In this document: positions 57,001-64,000 of the stretch, piece by piece
Layout: every line of letters starts with the position of its first letter
How positions within the stretch are numbered: position 1 is the first letter of the stretch
Virus record (IMG/VR): IMGVR_UViG_3300032135_000003
Coordinates: 32,001 to 96,000 of that record
DNA length: 64,000 nt
Origin: a virus
Lineage: Duplodnaviria > Caudoviricetes
Reading direction: 5' to 3' (one strand)
Notes under the pieces: model-generated
What the model was told of the DNA's origin: nothing
What the model saw: only the letters and a program-made list of their open reading frames with translations
Database searches by the model: none
Program-made: the position numbers and the translations under genes

Positions 57001-59333
57001 AAGGAGACAGGGTAAAATCAAAATCTACAGAAGAGGAAAAGAAAAATAGTCTTGAAGATAGAATTGAAAATGCAATAAAGAATAACTCTGTAGTTTTAAA
57101 TTATGTGGGTGATAGTATAGATGATGTTATGTCCAAGAAACCTACAACTAAAGAGAGAGACGAGTTTGAAAGCCTTTATAACAATGAGAGTAGAACTGAT
57201 GAAGAAGAAAGCAGATACCAAGAACTTTTAGAAAAATTAACTAATTGGAGAGTAGTAGATGGTTCTATTGATCCTAATGGTTATTCCCTTGCAGATTTAA
57301 TAAGAGCAAAAGAGCAACAGGACGCTAAACCTACAACAGACAATGTCAAGCAGGAACTTACACATCAGGAAACTATAGAGATAGGAACTGTAAGTGAGAA
57401 AGATGCCTCTGCAACAAGGTCAAATGTTAATTTTATACAGACTTATGAAAATGTTAAGGTAAAAGTTTCGTCAAGTAAAAAAGATTTTGTATTTTCACAT
57501 CTGAATATAGAAAGCATCCTTAATTTATTTCCAGTTGATTTAATTAAAGTGCAACTTGCGGGAGATAAGGGAAAGAAAGATTTTACACCTAAGCTACTGG
57601 CAGACAATAGAAAAGAGCCAGGAACCAAGTTTGAAATTACTTTAGGAGATCAGAAAATTGTACTACTTATAGAAGAGCGTGGTAGAATTTCTATTCCAAT
57701 TGAAGAGTTTAGATTAATTGAGGATAAATTAGGATTTAAACTAATTAACCCTAAGTTAACAAAAACATCTTATTTTGATGTTTATAACAAGATTGCTGAT
57801 ATTTTCAGACCAAAGGGCTCTGATTTTAAAGTAGAAACAAGTGAAGGGGGAGAAGTAATTCTTCTGGAAGTACAGGAAATAGAAAATTTAGAAGCTGGAG
57901 ATAAAGTTGGATTTAGAGTTAACCCAAACAGTGTATTTAACACAGCATTAAAAGAAGAATATAATAACGCTAAGACAAAAGAAGCTAAAAAAGAGGTCAA
58001 AGATAAAATCATTAAGTCTTTAGAGATATACACGCAGACCGAAGATGGAAAAGTTATTGGGGTAACAAAAATCACAAATAAAAAAACCAATAAAAAAGAT
58101 AAGGCACAGGATAACCATTTAGCATTAAGACAGTTTGCAGCACAACAGTTTATAAAGAATATAAAATCAAACAGCTCTTTCATTTTAAAGTCAGTTGTAC
58201 CTGTTCAAATGGTTCTTTTGGGATCACCTGACTTAGTATTAGAGGAAACAGAAGACGGCTTAGTTCCAAAGAACATAAGTATTACAGATGCAGCTTTAGA
58301 GCAAATAGTAGATTTTGGTTTTATTGAAAATGGGAAGATAGTTACTAATGAAAAGGCAGAGGATTCAGATATAGTCAAGGATTTTATAAAAAGTGTAGGT
58401 AAAAATGAGCGAGTACCTTTTATAGTATTTAAACATGGGAATAAGAAAGTAGCTTATCCTGTAAGTTTGGTAACTACGGCTAACCCCGCTTCAAATGCGA
58501 TTGTAGATATTAATAATACCGAGACTTTAACCGCAGGGGAAAAGATAGTGAAAATTAATGATATCCTTTTAGAGAACGGTATTTCTCCTCAGGAGTATGA
58601 TTTAATGAACACAGATGCAGAGATTATAGATAAAAAGATAGATGAGATAATTGAAAGGTTGGTTAGCAAAGAGATCAAACCAGATTTAAACAACTGGTTA
58701 GAGAGCAATAAATCTATTTTAAAGACCGAAGCAATTATAAGTATTGATTTAGAAAACAGACCTTTAAAATCACCTAAAGTAATGTTGGATTTTGCTGCTG
58801 CTGAATTAAGTGAAGAGATAGAGCAAGTTGCAAATGAAGCTGCAACTATTGAGACAGAAGTAGAGGAAAGTTTATTTACCCCAGTGGAGATAGATTTTGG
58901 TCAGGCAGAAGAAGTAATTTTAGGGGCAGGATTTCCTAAGGTTACTGAAGAACAGTTATCAAAAATGTCAAAAGAGCAGATAGGAGTAAAAATAGGGGAG
59001 CTTCAAAAAGAGAGGGATAAAAAACTTATTGAGTTAAGGGACAAAGATGCCAAAAGAGCTTTATCTGAACTAAAGGCTAAGTTCCCAAAACAGTTTGAGA
59101 ATTTGACCAATGAAGTACAAGTTATAGATGTAGTAGACAGATTACAATTATTTGCAAATCAAAATAATGATGATGTACTTTATAACCAGACAGTAAATGC
59201 TATTAAGGGAGATACCAAAACAGAAGTAAATTCTATAATTGATGGATTTGATTTCTTGATAAGTAAAGTACAGAACTACAGAGTAAAAACAATAAAGTCA
59301 GCAGTAACAGAATTAGAAAACCAAGATTGTTAA
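54072..59333 (+). CDS. Large ejection (cargo) protein with membrane-inserting segments
   Basis: 1753 aa with NNERLAQSQ...W.NG, Gly/Ala-rich hydrophobic helices, EG.WEEG.Q and long coiled coils. Confidence 0.7.
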   Translation: MEEKEPIFSYTPKAQTNQDQVSSIAEDIKAKYPAPNSTNQIQSQGSAFDTPSSLFSQPKNDYKVSFKDYSVKADEIYTQLSDGSYQSKYKNYIQGTDNNERLAQSQTSGEQWSNGLVKLVGKTSTAVLGGTIGSVVGLGELISTGSLSAMYNNDFNKYLDTLNEKMDYKLPNYYTEQERNENFGQSLDNTNFWANDVLGGLSFTLGTIVSEGIWAAATGGAGLAVSGARVAARAGLGGFKTAAQLARANAKAAKLGKAFLRGAEYSGEAVNKVGRGLELFNTARFTYTSAGYEAGVEARTFMKEAEENYRYTFEQQNGRPPSPEEYAAFNVDMVNTANTVFTINTALVGSSNLAVFGRMYGLRNPFKSTTSGVNKSLFGLGTKQGMAEGRKVLEVLKPTKLQKFAGKTYGILKAPAVEGVWEEGMQAVTSNGAQAWLNSTYDANATKENISLSEAAYEGLSHTYGTKEGWKEVGIGMIIGLVGGGIATGGKFNEVSKSRKDLATKVGEINTFSAENTLENFKIQNQVSQAVKDIEKAEASNDLLGKDLATRRLLYTNARANARFGRDEASEDFKASLQGLDNDYFASIGIDVSTEEGAKEAQDLKDSLYTQYKDVQKQYKTNRTTAEYLVGRSQLEGVDNTEELIESVAYNITMGEQSDKFASQAFEAIEENMTDELGVKIVGGIKIRTTLDKAHKNTRERFYYHRNKLKAATEELSKAELELRDAQAALAAAPRENNITVTKRLAKAQENLLKITERKTSEENLMNQTYAMAQAENPYSGTANVLESDLEAADTNLNEGEKYLDNLKETNPQKFRTLEKLFKEYHKANYAFRQFNETVQGLTNDNLKMQEASNALSKKIFGQKTPNEFTKEFFIKNLEAYRGDFAETQGEFLGNQFKNQTDKKNNIEDKLFKDEKLSPEEQEVYNSFKEEIDTNVKSKQLAERILDEGQDFLTGDDLTFFNENKDKINQIISEKEKGDRVKSKSTEEEKKNSLEDRIENAIKNNSVVLNYVGDSIDDVMSKKPTTKERDEFESLYNNESRTDEEESRYQELLEKLTNWRVVDGSIDPNGYSLADLIRAKEQQDAKPTTDNVKQELTHQETIEIGTVSEKDASATRSNVNFIQTYENVKVKVSSSKKDFVFSHLNIESILNLFPVDLIKVQLAGDKGKKDFTPKLLADNRKEPGTKFEITLGDQKIVLLIEERGRISIPIEEFRLIEDKLGFKLINPKLTKTSYFDVYNKIADIFRPKGSDFKVETSEGGEVILLEVQEIENLEAGDKVGFRVNPNSVFNTALKEEYNNAKTKEAKKEVKDKIIKSLEIYTQTEDGKVIGVTKITNKKTNKKDKAQDNHLALRQFAAQQFIKNIKSNSSFILKSVVPVQMVLLGSPDLVLEETEDGLVPKNISITDAALEQIVDFGFIENGKIVTNEKAEDSDIVKDFIKSVGKNERVPFIVFKHGNKKVAYPVSLVTTANPASNAIVDINNTETLTAGEKIVKINDILLENGISPQEYDLMNTDAEIIDKKIDEIIERLVSKEIKPDLNNWLESNKSILKTEAIISIDLENRPLKSPKVMLDFAAAELSEEIEQVANEAATIETEVEESLFTPVEIDFGQAEEVILGAGFPKVTEEQLSKMSKEQIGVKIGELQKERDKKLIELRDKDAKRALSELKAKFPKQFENLTNEVQVIDVVDRLQLFANQNNDDVLYNQTVNAIKGDTKTEVNSIIDGFDFLISKVQNYRVKTIKSAVTELENQDC

Positions 59334-59336
59334 TAA

Positions 59337-62300
59337 ATGGGAATAGCTTGTAAGATTAATAGAGATAGTAAAGGAACACCAATTAGTGTCACCACAGAAA
59401 AAGGTGCAGACTCAATACTTTTTAAAGAAGCCTTAAAATTGGTGAAAGACCCGTTTAAAGCCTTGAACTTATACACAGTGAGCCATCTTCCCGTCTTTAA
59501 GGAAAAGGTATCAAACCCACTTGTACAAAAACACAAAAGGGAAACTTTAGATGCACTAAACAGACTTACCTCAAATAAGGAAATTACTATTGTTTCTGAG
59601 GGTAATGAGTACACTATCAATACAGCAAATATAAAAACTGCCCCAGCAAGAATAGAAGGTTCAGAGACAGAAACCATCATGAACTATTCCCACGATCTTC
59701 CTAATGGGGAGAGTGTAGATATGGGATTTATACAGTTAAAAGAGTCCCCAGAAGGATATCAGGTAATTTTCTCAAATCTCAATGAATCTTTAAGTGCTTA
59801 CAATAATGGGCAATTAGAGACGTTACAGGGGAAAGGAATTGGCACTGAAATGTATAAGCAATTAGGAATTGAGTTGATTGGAGCAGGAGAAACTTTGTAT
59901 TCTGACTTTAGTTACACACCACAGGCAGAAGGAGTTTGGAAGAAAATGGAAAAAGCTGGGCTTGCCAGTCAGACTACCATAGTTGATAATAATGGGAAGG
60001 CAAAGACTGTGTATCAGATTACACCCAACCCATCTCAATTTGATAAAAATGGGGAGCCAAAATTATCTGAAATAACAAAATATATTGGGGAGCAAAGTAG
60101 GGCTGATAAAAAACTTACTTTCAAACAAACCCAAGATATAAAAAACGCTTTAAGAGACAATCCTAATTTAAAACAGGATATTGTAAATGCGTATATTACT
60201 GATGGACTGTTTTATATCAACAGACAGAAACTGTTAGAATCAGGTCTATACAGTCTCCCAGAGGTTAACGAGATTATTTCCAACGCAGAGCTCCAGAATG
60301 AGATTAAAGCCTCTGTAAAAGCTTATTTGAACCATTCAACAGACATTGCAGCGCAAGTAGATAACAGTCCTTCATTGCCCGTAGTTTCTAAAAGCTTAAT
60401 TACCCCTATTATAAACAGGTTAAAGAAAACTGGACTAGCTTTAAATACCTTTGTACTTTCAAATGAGGGGATTAAAAACAAACTAAAATCCATTGGAGTA
60501 AATGAGAATGTTTTAAACCAAATCATAGGTAAAAAAGGCGCACAGAATTTAGACAACGTAGAAGAGGTAACTTTTAGACTTGACAACTTAAGTATTGCAA
60601 GGGAGATGGAGTTTGAAAATAAAACCCCCAAGGAAATTAAACTTTTAACAAACTGGGAAAGAGGTGCAGACAAATTATGGAAATATGAGATAGATGATTC
60701 AAAGTTTTCAACAAAAGATATAACTGTAAATTTATCTACCAGTAATAAAGAGTTTGAAGGAAAGTCGCAAGAGTTAAAACTTTCTGATATTTTAGACGCA
60801 AAAGAATTATACAAAGCCTATCCTCAAATGAAGGATACCAGAGTAGTCTTGTATTCAACAAAAGGGATTTTTAACCAAAACTCACAATTTCATAGTAATA
60901 AGAATTTTTACATAAACATAGACCAATATGGAGGAGAAACTAACTTTAGAAAACATTACATATCAGAGGGCGGACAGAGCGGACTGCTACACGAAATACA
61001 GCACTATATTCAACAAACTGAAGGATTTGCAAGAGGAGGCTCGCCAGAAGGACTCAAGCGGAGAATTAGCAAACTCTTTACTTCTATTCGGGTGCCAAAT
61101 AAAGAGGGAGTTAGTATCGAAGATAATTACATTAGAAGGGCGGTTAGAACTGTTGCAGATATTAATGAAGAAACCTTAGAAGACTTTGCAAAAAAAGAAA
61201 AGCGAGAATTAGTTGCAGCAGCTTTAGGAAGGTTAATTTATTCAAAACTTGCAGGAGAGGTAGAGGCTATAAATGTACAGAAAAGAGCCAACTTAACTCA
61301 GGAAGAAAGAAAACAGTTATTAGAAGATACAGAAGAAGTTTCAAGAGAAGACCAAATCTTTTTAACCAATCCTGATATTGAAGCTCAAATTGTAGGAGAA
61401 AAAGGAGCACAGAATTTAGATAATTCAGAAGAAGTAACTTTTAGATTAGAAAGTCTTTCCATAGCAAGAGAAATGGAAGATACTAAAACTCCTAAAGAAA
61501 TAAGAATAGCTACAAACTGGGAACGTGGCGCAGATAATAAATGGAGATACGAGGTACAAGATATAGAACTCTCAGTAGACGAAGTTGAGGTTGGAAAAGA
61601 ATACAAATACACAGACCTTGTAAAAAACAACGAGCTTACAAAAGCATACCCAGAGTTAAAAAATATAAAAGTAATTTTTAAAGAAGATGGAAAAAACAGT
61701 TTTAGACCAGATACAGGGTACATTGAATTCGATACCAAAAATGCACCTGAGTACGTTGATAAATCAGCAACGGGGGGATTACAGGCTACCAATAGTGGTA
61801 GACAAGGAGAAGTGGAGAAATATATGTATAGACTACGCCCCGTGGATAGAAAAAATTTGCTCCACGAATCAGCTCACTTTGTCCAATGGCAAGAAAATTT
61901 CTATAGAGGAGGCTCTCCATATCTTATTAGAGAAGAGGCCGAAAGAATATCAGGAATTACTGGAGAGGATCAGCTTGGAGTTCAGGTTAGTAAAACACTC
62001 AAAGCTTTAGGAAAAGAAAATCTTACTCCAAGTGAGGATAAAATGTTAAGGGCTTATTTAAAGGCAATAGATGGTGAAGCAGATGCAGTATCGGTAGCAT
62101 ATAAAAATATTTCAGGGGAAGTAGAAGCAAGAAATATAGAGATGAGGGCTAATACACCTTTTGAGGAAAGAAGGGACTCACTTTTGCAGGAAACAGAAGA
62201 TGTAAGAAGGGAAGACCAAATATTTCTAAGACAAGACAATGTCCAATTTCAAGTAGTAGGAGAAAAAGGGGCTCAAACTTTAGATAAAGCTGAGGAGGTT

Positions 62301-64000
62301 AATTTTAGAATAAACAGCCTCAATATTGCTAAGAAAATAGAGACTTCTGGGAAAAACCCAAAAGAAATTAAAATAATAACAAACTGGGAAAGAGGCTCTG
62401 ACAACAAATGGAGATATGAGGTTCCCGATGTAGAATTTTCTATAGATGAAGTTGAATTAGGTAAAGAATACAAATATACGGATATTGTAAAAGCAAATAA
62501 ATTTACAAAAGCTTATCCAGAACTTAATAATATAAAAGTAATATTTAATGACCGAGGAAGAAATCAGTTTAGAGTACATAGAAATAGTATTGAATTGTCT
62601 ACCAGGATTTTTTCTTTTTCCGCTTATTTATGGGAACAAGGAACCGCACCTGTGGGAGGAAGAGAAGGATATATGCATAGACTATCAGCCGATAGTTTAC
62701 GAAATCTTATCCACGAATCAGCTCACTTTGTTCAGGGACGAGAAGGTTTCAGTGGAGGAGGCTCTACAGTTGCTATTGAAGAAGAGGCCAGAAGATTATC
62801 AGAAACTGAAGGAGAAAGTTCAAAAGAGGTACAACTAGAAAAAGTAAATAAAAGCCTTTTAAGAACCGATATTACTCAGAGTGATAGGAATGTATTAGAA
62901 GCATATAAACTATCTTTACAAAGAGACTACGTAGGTTTTTCAAACAGAGGGTATAGAAGTATTGCAGGAGAAGTAGAAGCACGTAATATGGAGAAGCGTT
63001 CCTCTATGTCTATGGAAGACAGAAGAAGCTCTTTATTAGAAGATACCGCAGATGTTTCCCCACAAGACCAAATATTTTTAAAACAAAATGGTACACAATT
63101 AAAGCAGGAGTTAGGGGGAATAGGGCTCTTAACAATACCCAATGGATTTGTTTTTCAAAATGAAGTCTATTTGAATAAGGATAAAATGTCATTGAGTACG
63201 CCAATTCACGAATTTAGTCATATCTTTTTGAACAATTTAAAAGAGACCAACCCTGAAATTTATCAAAAAGGACTGGCATTAATAGAAAAAGACGGGCAAC
63301 AGTATATCGATTTTGTCAAGAAAAATCAACCTAATTTAAAAGGGGCTGCATTGTATGACGAGGCTTTGGCTCAAGCCATTGGAGATAGGGGTGCGAGAAT
63401 AATAAATAAGTCTAAAAAGAACTCCTTTACAAAGTGGTTAGCTGACTTATGGGAAGTTATTAAAAACAGTTTAGGCTTATCCGAGTACACAGCAGACCAA
63501 GTTCAAAATATGAATTTAGGGGAATTTGCAGATGCAGTAGCAATAGACCTCTTAAAAGGAAAAAACATAGGTAAGTTTATACAGCCTGAGAAAGACACAA
63601 GTAAGGTAAATTCTCTTGGTCTATATGAGAGCACTAACCCATTTTTACAAGAAAAGGAAGTCGTACAATTACTGGGGGGAATTAAAGACAGGTCTTTGTT
63701 TGAAGAGAAACTGGAAGACAGTGAACTTGAAAACTTAAAATCCAATTACTTTGAAGACCCGACTTTCGCAAACGAATTTTTTGAGGAAATGTCAGTTTTA
63801 AATAGAATTAGAGAGTTTAAAATAACTGATGGGAAATTAAGTAGAAAAAACAATTCTGAGACAAAAGCCTTACTGGAAGAAACTCTTATAGTTGGAGTAG
63901 AAAACGGTTTAAATGAGAGCATTACATATTTAGAGACCTTACCAGAAGATATATGGCAGAATAACTCTGAGGATATTGTTACTTTATTAGAAGATATTAG
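59337..64000 (+). CDS. Large polyvalent virion protein (partial): GNAT domain, three LPD23-zincin repeats and a fourth zincin
   Basis: Hand translation from ATG 59337 found no stop to about 63480. Its absence from the ORF track indicates it runs off the window. Motifs: LQGKGIGTEMY (GNAT), three IGxKGAQxLD...TNWERGxDxxWxYE (LPD23), HEIQH 60990, HESAH 61863, HESAH 62712, three GEVEA and TPIHEFSH 63207. Confidence 0.9.
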   Translation, partial: MGIACKINRDSKGTPISVTTEKGADSILFKEALKLVKDPFKALNLYTVSHLPVFKEKVSNPLVQKHKRETLDALNRLTSNKEITIVSEGNEYTINTANIKTAPARIEGSETETIMNYSHDLPNGESVDMGFIQLKESPEGYQVIFSNLNESLSAYNNGQLETLQGKGIGTEMYKQLGIELIGAGETLYSDFSYTPQAEGVWKKMEKAGLASQTTIVDNNGKAKTVYQITPNPSQFDKNGEPKLSEITKYIGEQSRADKKLTFKQTQDIKNALRDNPNLKQDIVNAYITDGLFYINRQKLLESGLYSLPEVNEIISNAELQNEIKASVKAYLNHSTDIAAQVDNSPSLPVVSKSLITPIINRLKKTGLALNTFVLSNEGIKNKLKSIGVNENVLNQIIGKKGAQNLDNVEEVTFRLDNLSIAREMEFENKTPKEIKLLTNWERGADKLWKYEIDDSKFSTKDITVNLSTSNKEFEGKSQELKLSDILDAKELYKAYPQMKDTRVVLYSTKGIFNQNSQFHSNKNFYINIDQYGGETNFRKHYISEGGQSGLLHEIQHYIQQTEGFARGGSPEGLKRRISKLFTSIRVPNKEGVSIEDNYIRRAVRTVADINEETLEDFAKKEKRELVAAALGRLIYSKLAGEVEAINVQKRANLTQEERKQLLEDTEEVSREDQIFLTNPDIEAQIVGEKGAQNLDNSEEVTFRLESLSIAREMEDTKTPKEIRIATNWERGADNKWRYEVQDIELSVDEVEVGKEYKYTDLVKNNELTKAYPELKNIKVIFKEDGKNSFRPDTGYIEFDTKNAPEYVDKSATGGLQATNSGRQGEVEKYMYRLRPVDRKNLLHESAHFVQWQENFYRGGSPYLIREEAERISGITGEDQLGVQVSKTLKALGKENLTPSEDKMLRAYLKAIDGEADAVSVAYKNISGEVEARNIEMRANTPFEERRDSLLQETEDVRREDQIFLRQDNVQFQVVGEKGAQTLDKAEEVNFRINSLNIAKKIETSGKNPKEIKIITNWERGSDNKWRYEVPDVEFSIDEVELGKEYKYTDIVKANKFTKAYPELNNIKVIFNDRGRNQFRVHRNSIELSTRIFSFSAYLWEQGTAPVGGREGYMHRLSADSLRNLIHESAHFVQGREGFSGGGSTVAIEEEARRLSETEGESSKEVQLEKVNKSLLRTDITQSDRNVLEAYKLSLQRDYVGFSNRGYRSIAGEVEARNMEKRSSMSMEDRRSSLLEDTADVSPQDQIFLKQNGTQLKQELGGIGLLTIPNGFVFQNEVYLNKDKMSLSTPIHEFSHIFLNNLKETNPEIYQKGLALIEKDGQQYIDFVKKNQPNLKGAALYDEALAQAIGDRGARIINKSKKNSFTKWLADLWEVIKNSLGLSEYTADQVQNMNLGEFADAVAIDLLKGKNIGKFIQPEKDTSKVNSLGLYESTNPFLQEKEVVQLLGGIKDRSLFEEKLEDSELENLKSNYFEDPTFANEFFEEMSVLNRIREFKITDGKLSRKNNSETKALLEETLIVGVENGLNESITYLETLPEDIWQNNSEDIVTLLEDI
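60928..61179 (+). CDS. Nested +1-frame ORF over zincin repeat 1 (83 aa)
   Basis: ATG start, A-rich upstream region, spans HEIQH, with stop-avoiding codon use in the host frame. Confidence 0.6.
   Translation: MEEKLTLENITYQRADRADCYTKYSTIFNKLKDLQEEARQKDSSGELANSLLLFGCQIKRELVSKIITLEGRLELLQILMKKP
61687..62010 (+). CDS. Nested +1-frame ORF over zincin repeat 2 (107 aa)
   Basis: ATG start after AAATATAAAAGTAATTTTTAAAGAAG, spans HESAH, clearly similar to 62548..62838. Confidence 0.65.
   Translation: MEKTVLDQIQGTLNSIPKMHLSTLINQQRGDYRLPIVVDKEKWRNICIDYAPWIEKICSTNQLTLSNGKKISIEEALHILLEKRPKEYQELLERISLEFRLVKHSKL
62548..62838 (+). CDS. Nested +1-frame ORF over zincin repeat 3 (96 aa)
   Basis: ATG start after AATATAAAAGTAATATTTA, spans HESAH, shares ICIDY.P....I.STNQLTL....K.S.EEAL..LL.KRP..YQ.L.E with the repeat-2 ORF. 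Confidence 0.65.
   Translation: MTEEEISLEYIEIVLNCLPGFFLFPLIYGNKEPHLWEEEKDICIDYQPIVYEILSTNQLTLFRDEKVSVEEALQLLLKKRPEDYQKLKEKVQKRYN

Larger units (their letters stand above)
60519..63085 (+). repeat. Three tandem diverged repeats of about 865 bp (LPD23 + zincin)
   Basis: Units start at 60519, 61386 and 62250 with Q-I/V-I/V-G-x-KGAQ and end with EDT/QET...DQIFL. Confidence 0.9.

Noticed and set aside
59640-59990. Possible nested ORF over the GNAT domain
   Set aside because: The +1 frame has many stops here, as it does over the fourth zincin near 63200.
47998-64000. Virion RNA polymerase of crAss-like phages
   Set aside because: I saw no catalytic DxDxD context in these proteins. It could lie beyond the window.
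1-64000. CRISPR array, integrase, reverse transcriptase/DGR, introns or inteins
   Set aside because: No repeat-spacer array or matching protein motifs were found, and RecA, helicase, terminase and capsid genes look uninterrupted.

Overview
The window is a 64-kb, AT-rich segment of a large lytic podovirus-type phage with a crAss-like virion gene order, most likely infecting Bacteroidota/Flavobacteriia (TAnnTTTG promoters, no Shine-Dalgarno sites). The standard genetic code fits. The left arm (1-9.4 kb, minus strand) holds accessory and anti-defence genes (Tad1-like sponge, papain-like peptidase, RecA, GroES, SF2 helicase), a tRNA-like RNA and a seven-tRNA array (Tyr, Ser-TGA, Ser-GCT, Asn, Trp, Phe, Cys). 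The right arm (9.6-64 kb, plus strand) holds terminase, portal, scaffold, major capsid protein, a homing endonuclease, ring proteins, a lysis cassette, tail fibres, a split muzzle protein and ejection proteins. It ends in a giant polyvalent protein (59337 to the window end) that is absent from the ORF track. Two observations stand out. (1) The tRNA array follows a 27-codon leader ORF whose codons 3-15 (NNSYNSCFSFWSN) use only the six amino acids, and all seven isoacceptors, of the array. An antiterminator/terminator pair follows it, which looks like a ribosome-coupled attenuator that turns phage tRNAs on when those host tRNAs run short. (2) Each of three tandem LPD23-zincin repeats in the polyvalent protein carries an ATG-initiated +1-frame ORF across its HExxH site, with stop-avoiding codon choice. 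These are candidate nested inhibitor genes. All family assignments come from motif recognition by eye, not from database searches.
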